The notes under the pieces: model-generated
Told to the model about the DNA's origin: nothing
The model's input: only the letters and a program-made list of their open reading frames with translations
Databases searched by the model: none
Shown here: positions 1 through 12,569 of the stretch, one piece after another
Position numbering within the stretch: the stretch's first letter is position 1
Layout: each line of letters opens with the position of its first letter
Program-made: the position numbers and the translations under genes
Assembly (NCBI GenBank): GCA_964187785.1
Contig: OZ076416.1
Span: forward strand, 34,596,001-34,660,000
Source: Amphiscolops sp. MND2022
Taxonomy: Eukaryota
DNA length: 64,000 nucleotides
Direction: 5' to 3'

Positions 1-1235
1 CCCTTCTGCAGGCGCAGCAGCGTCTAGAACAATCTGGTGTAACAATGCTAACCATGACTGGTCGCCGCCCTGCCAGAGGGGATAATCCAGAATATTTCCT
101 TAAAGATGCTCTGCAAGAAAAGCGCGTTCGTTTTTCAAGCGAGATAGGGCGGCAGAAACTGAGGAATATTTTCCAACGGATGGGGTTCATGTTTTGACAG
201 AGGGTTTCAAAAAAACGGTACAGTGCGCTATCGATTCGGTTGAGGGAGGAAAAGATGGTTTCAAACGTCGTAAGGTGAAAAGTTTCGTCGGGGTACAGGT
301 TTGAGTACCGATTAGATTTAGAAAAACTGTGATAGTTGATAATGGCCTTCCCAAATAACTTTCTCATTTTCTTATTGTCAAGGAACATCTGTCACCCCCT
401 GGTTTTATATTCGCTATGATAAATGGTTCGAAGGACTTCAGAAAAACTTGAGAAAGGAGTGTAGAGCTTTTTTTATCAAACAGTTCGTGGGCTTTGATTC
501 TTGTTGGCTTGCATGGTTGTTTCACCCGCAAAAAACACACACAAAAAACAAAAGACTCAAAATTTCAAAAAATGCGGCCCAGGTAGCTTATGTCTTCGTT
601 GCGGCCCCGGGTATCGTTAGAAAAACTGGTTGCAAGACCGCTATCAAACATTTTTGACTGACAGAAACTATTCTTCTTTTTTAATCTCTTTAAACCCAAG
701 GCGAGAAGCAAATGCAAGTCATGGTTAAAGCGATTTTCATTCTCTCATTGAAATGCCTACAATTTTCAATTTTCTTCTTTTAATTTTCTTTTAGATTCTT
801 TAGTGCTACTACTCCGATCTGAAGAGTATTCATTAGTCTGCCCGATGAACTGCTCTATGGGCATAGAGCCTTTCATTGATGTTGAAATATTACAGAGACA
901 TCGACACGATGTTCACTTTCGGCCAGTTTAGGAAACTTCAGGTGTGAATTGAATTAGCAAGTGTGAATTGAATGATCAGGTGTGAATTGAACTTTTTTTT
1001 GAGTCACCTTTTTGGCTCATTTTGGACAAATTTCGCAAACACGTGGGATTGACGCGTGTGGAAATTTGTCCCAATTGATTGAAAAAGGTAACAATTTCAT
1101 TACAGGTGCTTCAATCGTTGTTTAATATAGGTTCATTAACTTGCTTTTGCTTGCTTTTAGAGTTTAGTAATTGCAACTCAGTTTAACAAAATAATTTCCT
1201 AAATCAAATTCAAGTATCACAACTCTTCCACAAAA

Positions 1236-1812
1236 TTGAGAGGAAAAATTGTCATCATCGCCGCGTCCAATGGATCTTGCTTTGCAAAGCAAACATGGGA
1301 GAAAAACAATAAATGCAGATGGATACGAGGTGCTAGGGGTAAGAGTAATGAGAAAAAACCTTGGAGTGTTTGACCGGGCAGGCTCTGGAACAAGATCCTA
1401 AGGCAGTAGTGGTGAATGCCGATATACCACTGAACAGCCTGCCCAACTGCCCTTTTCATAAAGAAGACTGGCAAAGTCCCAAGCCGATTACGGAGTCCCT
1501 TCTGCAGGCGCAGCATCGTCTAGATCAATCTGGTGTAACAATGCTAACCATGACTGGTCGCCGCCCTGCCAGAGGGGATAATCCAGAAACATTCCTTAAA
1601 GATGCTCTGCAAGAAAAGGGCGTTTGTTTTTCAAGCGAGATAGGGCGGCAGAAACTAAGGAATATTTTCCAACGGATGGGGTTCATGTTTTGACAGAGGT
1701 TTTCAAAAAAACGGTACAGAGCGCTATCGATTGGGTTGAGGGAGGGAAGGATAGCTTCATACGTCGTAAGGTAAAAGGGATACGTCGGAGTACAGGTTTG
1801 AGTAACGATTAG
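1236..1812 (+). pseudogene. Frameshifted SGNH/GDSL-hydrolase-like ORF, array unit 2
   Basis: Joining three frames gives RGKIVIIAASNG (block I, Ser) ... WIRGAR (block II, Gly) ... DPKAVVVNADIPLNSL (block III, Asn) ... PTDGVHVLTE (block V, DxxH), in the order and roughly the spacing of SGNH hydrolases. Two frameshifts are needed. Confidence 0.6.
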
Positions 1813-3596
1813 ATTTAGAAAAACTAAGATTGTTGATTAAGGCCTTCCCAATCACCATTGTTTTTTCTTTTTGTCGAGGAACATCTGTCAACCCCTGGTT
1901 TCATAGTCGATATAATTCGGTAAAATGAATGGTTCAAAGAATCCCAAAAAATTTTAGGAAAGGAGTGTACAGCTGTTTTTGGCCAACACTTCGTAGGCTG
2001 TGCCATGTGTTGTCTTGCATGGTTGTTTCACGGACAAAAAACACACAAAAAAAACAAAAGACTCAAAAACCAAAAAATGCGGGCCAGGTACCTTATGTCT
2101 TCGTTGCGGGTATTGTTAGAAAAACTGGTTGCAAGAGCGCTATCGAACATTTTTGACAGACAGAAAATACTCTTCTTCTTCCATCTCTTTAAATCCAAGG
2201 AAAGAAGCAAATGTAGGTCGAAATTAAAGCGATGCTTTTTGTTAAAGTGAAATTTTTTCCCTGAAGAGAGTTTATTTCCTCATTGTAATGCCTACAATTT
2301 TCAATTTTTTTGTTCTCTTAACTGTCTTTTAGATTCTTTGGTGCTACTACTCCGATCTGAAGAATGTTCGCTAGTCTGCCCGATGAAACTCCCTATGAGC
2401 ATGGAACTTTTCAATGATGTTAAATTTTTACAGATACATCTACACGATGTTAACTTTCGGCCAGTTTAGGAAACTTCAGGTGTGAATTGAATTAGCAAGT
2501 CTGAATTGAACTAGCAGGTGTGATTTGAAGTAGCAGGTGTGAATTCAAATTGTCACCTTTTTGACTAAATCTGGACAATTTTGGCAAACAGGTTTGAATG
2601 ACGGGTTTAAAAGTTGTCCCAATTGAGTTGAAAAAGGTGACAACTTCGATACTGGTGCTTCAATTGTTGTTTAATATAGTTTCACTAGCGTGCTTGTTTG
2701 CTTTTAAAGTTTAGGTTTTGCAACTCAGTTTAACGAATCAATTTCCTAAAACAAACTCAAATAATACATCTTTCACAAAAATGAGAAAACATTGTCATCA
2801 TCGCTGCGTCCAACGGATCTTGCTTTGCAAAGCAAACATGGGAGAAAAACAATAATTGCAGATGCATATGGATACTAGGACTAAGAGTAGTAAAGAGAAA
2901 AAACTTTGGAGTGTTTGACCGGGCAGGCTCTTAAGCACAATCCTTAGGCAGTAGTGGTGTATGCAGATCTACCACTGAACAGCCTGTCCAAAGACCCAAG
3001 CTGATTAAAGAGTCCCTTCTGCAGGCGCAGCAGCGTCTGGAACAGTCTGGTGTAACAATGCTAACCCTGATTGGTCGCCGCCCGCTATCGATTGGGTTGA
3101 GGGAGGAAGGATGGTTTAAAACGTCGTAAGGTGAAAGGGATCTGTCGGGGTACAGGTTTGAGTAACAATTAGATTTAGAAAAACTGGTTGTTGATTAAGG
3201 CCTTCCCAATTAACGTTCCTTTTTTCTTTTCGTCGAGGAACATCTCTATCAACCCCTGGTTTCATATTCGGTATGATAAATGGTTCGAAGAACCCCAAAA
3301 AAAATTAAGAAAGGAGTGTACAGCTTTTTTCTAGCCAACAGGTTGTAGGCTTTGCACCGTGTTGGCTTGCATGGATGTTTCTCCGACAACAAACACACAA
3401 ATAAACAAAATCAAAATCTTGAAAAATGGGGCCCAGGTAGCATATGTTCTCGTCGCGGCCCCGGGTATTGGTGAAAAACTGGCTGCGAGGGCGCTATCAA
3501 TTATTTTTGACTGACAGAAAAACTTCTTTTTCCATCTCTTCAAATCCAAGGAGAGAAGCAAATGCAAGTCAAAATTAGGGCGATGTTGATTGTTAA

Positions 3597-4118
3597 CCTC
3601 GACAGTACACCGAGAAGTTGAAAAAGTGACAATAGCAAAAAATTTTCAAAACCTAATTTCGCCACGAATATTAGCAACAGCTCCAATCGGTTTTCTGCTC
3701 CTGAAAGCCCTTTACCTAAGCTTTCAAATGAACACTAGTTAGGCTGGGAGTTGACGCCACTTTTGGGGCCTTTCAAATGAACATTTCCCTGAAGCTTCAA
3801 TAAAAAATTTCCTTATGCGGTTTCAATGGTGGCAAACTATTACTAGAGAGTGACAGTAACTTAGCAAACAGTTGCTGTGTTATAGAGAAAAAGTTAATTT
3901 TCTGAAAAGCATCTTTTTGCAAATTTTCACTTTTTTTAGTTACTTTTTTGCCAGTGGTTCGGAAAACAAACTATATAACAACTCGCCCCAGGTAGTCCAA
4001 TAGATTGTTGATTAGAAAACAAAACTTCGTTTTCCTATGAGCTTTTTGCGTTTCGTAATATTTCATTGATTGTGAAAAAAATCGCTGTCCTCATTTGGGG
4101 ACAAAAGCACTCTCGAGG
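3597..4118. mobile_element. piggyBac-like MITE (522 bp) inserted in array unit 3
   Basis: TTAA|CCTCGACAGTAC at the left end and GCACTCTCGAGG|TTAT at the right end (imperfect terminal inverted repeats). Sister units show the empty site TTGTTAAAGTGAAATTTTTT. Confidence 0.8.
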
Positions 4119-4636
4119 TTATAGTATAGTTTTTCCTTGAAAAGAGCTTATTTCCTCATTGAAGTGGCTACAAATTTCAATTTCTTTATTCTCTTAGTTG
4201 TGTTTTAGATTCTTTGGTGCTACTATTCCGATCTGAAGAATATTCGCTTGTCTGCCCGATGAAATGCTTTTGGGCATGGAACCTTTAATGAAGTTGAAAT
4301 ATTACAGATAGATCTACACAATGTTCACCTCGGCCAGTTTAGGGAACTTCAGGTGTGGATTGAAATAGCAAGTGTGAATTGAATTAGCAGGTGTGAAATG
4401 AAAGTGTCACCTTTTTGACTCAAATTAGACAAATTTCGCAAACACGTGTGAATGACGCGTGTAAAATGTGCCCTAATTGATTGAAAAAGGTGACCTTTTC
4501 AATACAGGTGCTTCAATCGTTGTTTAATATAGGTTCACTAGCGTGCTTGCTTGCTTTCAAAGTTTAGTTCTTGCAACTCACTTTAACAAATCAACTTCAT
4601 ATATCAAATTAAAACAAATACAGCTCTTTCACAAAA

Positions 4637-5205
4637 ATGAGAAAACATGATCATCGCCGCGTCCAATGGATCTTGCTTGGCAAAACAAATATGGGAGAAA
4701 AACAATAAATTCAGATGGATAGTGGGTGCTAGGACTAGAGTAATGTTGAGAAAAAAACCTTGGAGTGTTTGACCGGGCAGGCTCTCAAACAAGATCCTAA
4801 GGCAGTAGTGGTAAATGCAGATATACCACTGAGCAGCCTGCACAGCTGCCCTTTTCATAAAGAAGACTGGCAAAGTCCCAAGCCGATTACGGAGTCCCTT
4901 CTGCAGGCGCAGCAGCGTCTAGAACAATCTGGTGTAACAATGCTAACCTTGACTGGTCGCCGCCCTGCCAGAGGGGATAATCCAGAAACTTTCCTTAAAG
5001 ATGCTCTGCAAGAAAAGGGCGTTCGTTTTTTAGGCGAGATAGGGCGGCCGAAACTAAGGATTTTATTCCAGCGGATGGGGTTCGTGTTTCGCCAGAGGGT
5101 TTCAAAAAAACGGTACAGAGCGCTCTCGATTCGGTTGAGGGAGGAAAAGATGGTTTCAAACGTCGTAAGGTGAAAAGGTTCCGTCGGGGTTTGAGTAACA
5201 ATTAG
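4637..5205 (+). pseudogene. SGNH-like ORF remnant, array unit 4
   Basis: Same blocks; AAAATG start context at 4637; block V reads ADGVRVSPEGF (His lost); frameshifted at the same two regions. Confidence 0.55.
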
Positions 5206-6171
5206 ATTTAGAAAAACTGATTGTTGACTAAGGCTTTCCCAATTACCTTTCGTTTTTTCTTTTTGTCGAGGAACATCTCTGTCAACCCCTGATTTCATAT
5301 TCGTCATATAAAATGGTTCGAAGAACCCCAAAAAAACGTAAAGGAGTGTAGAGCTTTTTTAATCCGACAGTTCGTAGGCTTCGCCTCGTGTTGGCTTGCA
5401 TGATTGTTTCACCGGCAAAAAACACACAAAAAACAAAAGACTCAAAATTCCAAAAAATGCGGCCCAGGTACCTTATGTCTTCGTTGCAGCCACGGGTATT
5501 GTTAGAAAAACTGGTTGCAAGAGCGCTACCAAACATTTTTGACTGACAGAAGCTATTCGTCTTTTTCAATCTCTTTAAATCTAAGGAGAGAAGCAAATGC
5601 AAGTCAAAATTAAAGCGATGGTTTTTGTTAAAGTGAAATTTTTTCCCTGAAGAGAGTTTATTTCCTCATTGTAATGCCTACAATTTTCAATTTCTTTGTT
5701 CTCTTAACTGTCTATTAGATTCTTTGGTGCTACTACTCCGATCTGAAGAATATTCGCTAGTCTGCCCGATGAAACTCCCTATGAGTATGGAACTTTTCAA
5801 TGATGTTAAAAGTTTACAGATACATCTACACGGCTAGTTTAGGAAACTTCAGGTGTGAATTGAATTAGCAAGTCTGAATTGAACTAGCAGGTGTGATTTG
5901 AAGTAGCAGGTGTGAATTCAAATTGTCACCTTTTTGACTAAATCTGGACAATTTTAGCAAACAGGTGTGAATGACGGGTGTAAAATTTGTCCCAATTGAG
6001 TTGAAAAAGGTGACAATTTCGATACTGGTGCTTCAATTGATGTTTAATATAGTTTCACTAGCGTGCTTGTTTGCTTTTAAAGTTTAGGTATTGCAACTCA
6101 GTTTAACGAATCAATTTCCTAAAACAAACTCAAATGTTACATCTTTCACAAAATGTCATCATTTCAGAAAA

Positions 6172-6754
6172 CAATGTCATCATCGCTGCGTCCAACGGAT
6201 CTTGCTTTGCAAAGCAAACATGGGAGAAGAACAATAATTGCAAATGGATACGGGGTGCTAGGAGTAAGAGTAGTAATGAGAAAAAACCTTGGAGTGTTTG
6301 ACCGGTCAGGCTCTCAAACAAGATCCTAAGGCAGTAGTGGTGTACGCAGATATACCAGTACACTGCCTGTCCAATAAAAGCCGCCCTTTTCATAAAGAAG
6401 ACTGGCAAAGTCCCAAGCCGATTACGGAGTCCCTTCTGCAGGCGCAGCAGCGTCTAGAACAATCTGGTGTAACAATGCTAACCTTGACTGTTCGCCGCCC
6501 TGGCAGAGGGGATAATCCAGAAACTTTCCTTAAAGATGCTCTGCGAGAAAAGGGCGTTCGTTTTTCAAGCGAGATAGGACGGAAGAAACTAAGGAACTAA
6601 GGATTCTATTTCAGCGGATGGGGTTCATGTTTCGCCAGAAGGTTTCAAAAAAACGGTAGAGTGCGCTATCGATTCGGTTGAGGGAGGAAAAGATGGTTTC
6701 AAACGTCGTAAGGTGAAAAGGTTTTGTCGGGGTACAGGTTTGAGTAACGATTAG
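6172..6754 (+). pseudogene. SGNH-like ORF remnant, array unit 5
   Basis: VIIAASNGSCF...WIRGAR...DPKAVVVYADIP...ADGVHVSPEGF (6614-6646), the best block-V match in the array. Confidence 0.6.
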
Positions 6755-7641
6755 ATTTAGAAAAACTGTGATTGTTGATTAAGGCCTTCCCAAATACCTT
6801 TCTCATTTTCTTATTGTCAAGGAACATCTGACAACCCCTGGTTTTATATTCGCTAAGATAAATGGTTCGAAGGACTTCAAAAAAACCTAAAAAAGGAGTG
6901 TAGAGCTTTTTTTATCCATTAGTTTGTAGGCTTCGCCTCGTGTTGGCTTGCATGGTTGTTTCACCGGCAAAAAACACACACAAAAAACAAAAGACTCAAA
7001 ATTCCAAAAATTGCGGCCCAGGTAGCTTATGTCTTCGTTGCGGCCCCGGGTATTGTTAGAAAAACTGGTTGCAAGAGCGCTATCAAACATGTTTGACTGA
7101 CAGAAACTATTCTTGTTTTTCAATCTTTCTAAAACCAAGGAGAGAAACAAATGCAAGTCAAGATTAAAGCGATTTTCATTTCCTCATTGAAATGCTTACA
7201 TTTTTTAATTTTTTTCTCTTAATTTTCTTTTAGAATTTTTGGTGCTACTACTCCAATCTGAAGAAAATTCGCTAGTCTGCCCGATGAAATGCTATATGGC
7301 CATGGAACCTTTCAATGATGGTAAAATATTCCAGATATATCTACACGATGTTCACTTTCGGCCAGTTTAGGAAACTTCAGGTGTGAATTGTATGAGCAGG
7401 TGTGAAATGAACTTGTCATCTTTTTGACTCATTTTGGACAAATTTCGCAAACACGTGTGAATGACGCGTGTAAAATTTGTCCCAATTGATTGAAAAAGGT
7501 GACAATTTTATTACAGGTTCAATCGTTGTTAAATATAGGTTCATTGGCGTGCTTGCTTGCTTTTAAAGTTTAGTAATTGCAACTCAGTTTAACAAAATAA
7601 TTTCCTAAATCAAATTCAAATAACGCAACTCTTCCACAAAA

Positions 7642-8226
7642 TTGAGAGGAAAAATTGTCATCATCGCCGCGTCCAATGGATCTTGCTTTGCAAAGCAAAC
7701 ATGGGAGAAAAACAATAAATGCAGATGAATACGGGGTACTAGGAGTAAGAGTAGTAATGAGAAAAAACCTTGGAGTGTTTGACAGGGCAGGCTCTTAAGC
7801 AAGATCCTAAGGCAGTAGTGGTGTACGCAGATATACCTGTACACAGCCTGCCCAATAGAAGCCGCCCTTTTTATGAAGAAGACTGGCAAAGCTCCAAGCA
7901 GATTACGGAGTCCCTTCTGTAGGCGCAGCACCGTCTGGAACAGTCTAGTGTAACACTGCTAGTCATGACTGGACGCCGCCCTGCCAGAGAGGATAATCCA
8001 GAAACTTTCCTTAAAGATGATTTGCAAGAAAAAGGAGTTCGTTTTTTAGGCGAGATGGACGGGGAAAACTAAGGATTCTTTTCCAGCGAATGGGGTTCAT
8101 GTTTTGCCAGAGGGTTTCAAAAAAACGGTACAGAGTGCTATCGAATCGGTTGAGGGAGGGAAGGATGGTTTCAAACGTCGTAAGGTAAATAGGATGCGTA
8201 GGGGTAGAGGTTTGAGTAACGATTAG
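7642..8226 (+). pseudogene. SGNH-like ORF remnant, array unit 6
   Basis: Same blocks; block V reads PANGVHVLPEGF; extra stop codons. Confidence 0.5.
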
Positions 8227-8394
8227 ATTTAGAAAAACTGTGATTGTTGATTAAAGCCTTCAAAAATAACTTTCTCATTTTCTTATTGTCAAGGAACATC
8301 TGGCAACCTCTGGTTTTATATTCGCTATGATAAATGGTTCGAAGGACTTCAAAAAAATTTAAGAAAGGAGTGTAGAGCTTTTTTTATCCAACAG

Positions 8395-9442
8395 GATTGA
8401 AGAAGTAAACGCTGTCGAAATTTGTTCGCCCCCACGTGACACGGAACTTGATATTTTCCCGCACACGAAGCTGACGTTGCTCTAAATGCACGAATTGAAG
8501 AAGTAATCGCTGTCGAAGTTTGTTCACCGCCACGTGACACGGGACTTGATAGTTCCCCCGCAGCCGAAGCACAAATTGAAGAATGTGAAAAACGTGTGAA
8601 AAAACAGAAGCAATATCAAGGGGGTAGAGTGTCTCGTGTGCTATTCAATTGTGAAAAGAATGGACAATCACATCGAGACACACAAAGATCGACTGCCTGA
8701 GATAAATGAAGGAATTTCATTATGGATATCTATCGATGCAAAAACCCTGCTTCGAACAAAAAATCTACGACTGCTTGTCGTGTTACAAGTGTTTCCATCG
8801 CTTATGACACATAAGCATGTGAACAAATGTGACTGCTCAAAAGTTGTAACAGTAGAAAAACCCCAAATCCGAAGTTCAATACCGCAAGAAATTCGGAAAG
8901 CTACTCGCACCACCCAGGACCAACGATTTAGAAATTGCCGAAAAATTTGTCCATTTCCGAAATTAAATAGCGGTATGTAGGGGGAACGAAAAAAAGAGCC
9001 AAGATCGCATGGCTATTAAACTCCTAATGACGCTATTTTATAACCGAAAAAATGGCCTATCAAGCAGAATGTCTTGTGAGATTTTGTTTTGAACATCAGA
9101 GCGAAATTCAAAAGCCCAATCGATGCTCAACTACTTATCTACTTTTGCGCGCTCTTGCGATTTTTGTTTCCTCTATGGGGTGAGTGTCAGTTCATCATCA
9201 AATAGCGACAGGTTCAAAGCAGCTATCAGAGACGCTAGAAAAGCGTTTGCCCCAGCTGCTGTGGCAAACTATGGCGAAATAGCCCAAGAAAAGATGGCGA
9301 AGGTCCCTAATTGCAAATTGGTTCGACAAAGAATCAAGCAAATTCTTAATGTCTTACGTGGAAACCAGCAGGACATTGAAATGAAATATAAGATGCAACA
9401 AAGCATGAACTTCTTCCTTCTTCAGGCAAGACGCAACACAAG
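8395..9442 (+). pseudogene. SET-ZnF-tyrosine recombinase copy A, exon 2 repeat 1 (5' truncated)
   Basis: EADVAxNARIEEV linker repeats, Zn-finger remnants, ...AAIRDARKAFAPAA...MNFFLLQARRNTR|GT; several frameshifts. Confidence 0.8.
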
Positions 9443-10383
9443 GTATAGTAGTCTACAATTCAATTCAGTCTTATTTTTGTTTACCGTATAACTCACCTTC
9501 TTTCTAATAGCTTGTGTAAAGTTGAAGATAACTAAGTTTCACGATAACTTTGGATAAAATAATAAAGTTGCCAGTTTCAAAAACATAAAGGTGGAACTTT
9601 GCATTCGTAACACATGAATTATTCTTGAATAATTTGAGATTATGCGAAGGGTGCCTTCTGACGAGTCCCGAAATTAATTTTAAATCCCACGAGTCGGAAA
9701 AATAATTTTCATTCCCATGAATCCGAAAATAAATCTTGCACAAAATAAACACTTTTACAGTAAATTAAGCTGAGTTAAATATCCCGAGGAAGCAAAATAA
9801 CAGTAAAATACAAATACAACAGCAACAATCTTTCGGACTTGTGGCAATTGAAATTTATTCTCGGACACGTGAATAGCAATCATATGAAAGGAAAGCTGTA
9901 GAGTTGAATGTTCAATTACGGAACAAATGTGGATGTAGTACAATGGATGGTGGTACAAAGTGGATGATGTAATGTAATACCATGTAATGTGCATTGATTA
10001 TGATGCTGTCGTGTTTCGAATGACTCAGCTCTGCACAAAACAGTTGCTGCTCTTACTACAGCCAGCAATCTTGTATTGCATGTATTGTATACATGTAATC
10101 TAACTACTAAACAACCTGATATAATGTAGATGTAATGTAATGGTAAGCTACGATATATACATTGCAATGTATTTATTACATACAAAAGTAAAAAAATGCT
10201 TTTCACATTGCAATTTGAAGAAGAAGTATTGACAGGATCAAGATTCTTTTTTCCCCCAAATGGACCGTGTGGAATGTTTTCCTTCCCCCCACACTTTTCA
10301 AGATGTTTTTTTTGCACTTAATTATATCAAAGACTTGAACTTTCCTAAATTTCGCCGTTTTTCACAGTAATGTTTTGATTTAG

Positions 10384-11643
10384 ATACATTGTAATTGAAG
10401 AAAAGAGCAGCACCATTATCACCATAAAGCAATCCGCCAAATGATTAGAGAAGAAGTCACCGTGTACTACGGAAACGACTACTTCGGCGCAAACAACAAT
10501 GACTGTTTGCGACCAGATTGCAAAAAGCTGGAAAGGAGCAACGCCCAAATAGCAAGTTCCTCCGCAGTCGAAGCTGACGTTGCCCCAAATGCACGAATTG
10601 AAAAAGTAAACGCTGTCGAAATTTGCTCGCCTCCACGTGACACGGAACTTGATATTTTCCCGCAGACGGAGCTGACGTTGCCCTAAATGCACGAATTGAA
10701 GTAAACGCTGTCGAAGTTTGTTCGCCGCCACGTGACACGGGACTTGATAGTTCCCCCGCAGCCGAAGCACAAATTGAAAAATGTGAATAACGTGTGGAAA
10801 AACTGAAGCAATATCAAGGGGGTAGAGTGTCTCGTGTGCCATTCAATTGTGAAAAGAATGGACAAGCACATCGAGAAACACAAAGATCGACTGCCTGAGA
10901 TAAATGAAGGAAATTCAATGTGGATATCTATCGATGCAAAAACCCTGCTCCGAACAAAAAAATCTACGACTGCTTGTCGTGTTACAAGTGTTTTGCATCG
11001 CTAATGACACATAAGCATGTCAACAACTGTGACTGCTCAAAAGTTGGAACAGTAGAAAAACCCCAAATCCGAAGTTCAATATCGCAAAAAATTCGGGAAG
11101 CTACTCGCACCACCAAGGACCAACGATTTAGAAATTGCCGAAAAATTTGTCCATTTCCGAAATCAAATAGCGGTATGTGGGGGAACGAAAAAAGGAGCCA
11201 AGATCGCATGGCTATTAAACACCCAATGACCTTATTTTATAACCGAAAAAATAGCCTAACAAGCAGAATGTCTTGTGGGAATTTGTTTTGAACATCAGAG
11301 CAAAGTTTAAAACCCCCCAATCGATGCTCAACTATCTATCTACTTTTGCGCGCTTTTGCGATTTTTGTTTCCTCTATGGGGTGAGTGTCAGTTCATCATC
11401 AAATGGCGACATGTTCAAAGCAGCTATCAGAGACGCTAGAAAAGCGTTTTCCACAACTGCTGTGGCAAACTATGGCCAACTAGCCCAAGAAATGATGGCG
11501 AAGGTCCCTAATTGCAATTTGGTTCGACAAAGAATCAAGCAAATTCTTAATGTCTTACGTGGAAACCAGGAGGACATTAAAATGAATTATAAGATGCAAC
11601 AAAGCATGAACTTCTTCCTTCTTCAGGCAAGACGCAACACAAG
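10384..11643 (+). pseudogene. SET-ZnF-tyrosine recombinase copy A, exon 2 repeat 2
   Basis: TTTAG acceptor; SET C-terminal half KAIRQMIREEVTVYYGNDYFGANNNDCLRPDC; C2H2 CLVCHSIVKRMDKHIEKH (from 10828); YDCLSCYKCFASLMTH; ends FFLLQARRNTR|GTATAG. Confidence 0.85.
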
Positions 11644-12569
11644 GTATAGTAGTCTACAATTCAATTCAGACTTTTTTGTTTAACGTATAACCCACCTTCA
11701 TTCTGATAGCTTGTGTAAAATTGAAGATAAAAAGGTTTCACGATAACGTTGGATAAAATAATAAAGTTGCCAGTTTCAAAAACAAAGGTGGAACTTTGCA
11801 TTCGTAACACATGAATTTTTCTTGAATTATTTGAGATTATGCGAAGGGTGCCTTCTGACGAGTCCCAAAATTAATTTTAATGCCCACGAGTCGGAAAATT
11901 AGTTTTAATTCCCATGAATCCGAAAAATAATCTAGCACAAAACAAACACTTTTACAGTAAATTAAGCTGAGTTAAATATCTCGAGGCAAAATAACAGTAA
12001 AATACAAATACAACAGCAACAGTCTTTCGGACTTGTGGCAATTGGAATTTATTTTCGGACACGTGAATAGCAATCATATGAAAGGAAAGCTGTAAAGTTG
12101 AATGTTCAATTACGGAACAAATGTGGATGTAGTACAATGGATGGTGGTACAAAGTGGATGATGTAATGTAATACCATGTAATGTGCATTGATTATGATGC
12201 TGTCGTGTTCGGAATGACTCAGCTCTGCACAAAACAGTTGCTGCTCTTACTACAGCAATCTTGTATTGCAAGTTTTGTATACATGTAATCTAACTACTAA
12301 ACAATCTGATATATTGTAGATGTAATGTAATGCTAAGCTACGATATATACATTGCAATGTATTTGATATATACAAAAGTAAAAAATGCTTTTCACATTGC
12401 AATTTGAAGAAGAAGTTTTGACAGGATCAAGATTCTTTTTTCCCCCGAATGGACCGTGTGGAACGTTTTCTTTCCCCCACACTTATCAAGATGTTTTTTT
12501 GCACTTAATTTTATCAAAGACTTGAACTTTCCGAATTTTGGCCTTTTTCACAGTAATGTTTTCATTTAG

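Larger units (their letters stand above)
1..8393. repeat. Tandem array of ~1.5-kb units (at least 6, first one partial; array begins before the window)
   Basis: Anchor CCCTTCTG(C/T)AGGCGCAGCA recurs at 1, 1497, 3014, 4896, 6431 and 7912 (periods 1496, 1517, 1882, 1535, 1481). The 1882 period contains a 522-bp insertion. The array ends abruptly at ...TTTTTTATCCAACAG (~8393). Confidence 0.97.

Noticed and set aside
1361-1693. IS630/Tc1 winged-helix transposase fragment (KLRNIFQRMGFMF)
   Set aside because: No DDE motif follows, and the overlapping frame supplies DGVH, which with the upstream blocks fits an SGNH fold better.
1217-7931. Recurrent hydrophobic minus-strand ORFs (1217-1516, 4604-4873, 6130-6408, 7605-7931) and MHLLLSL ORFs as membrane proteins
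   Set aside because: They recur only because the unit is repeated; ends and frames vary between units and no family motif is present.
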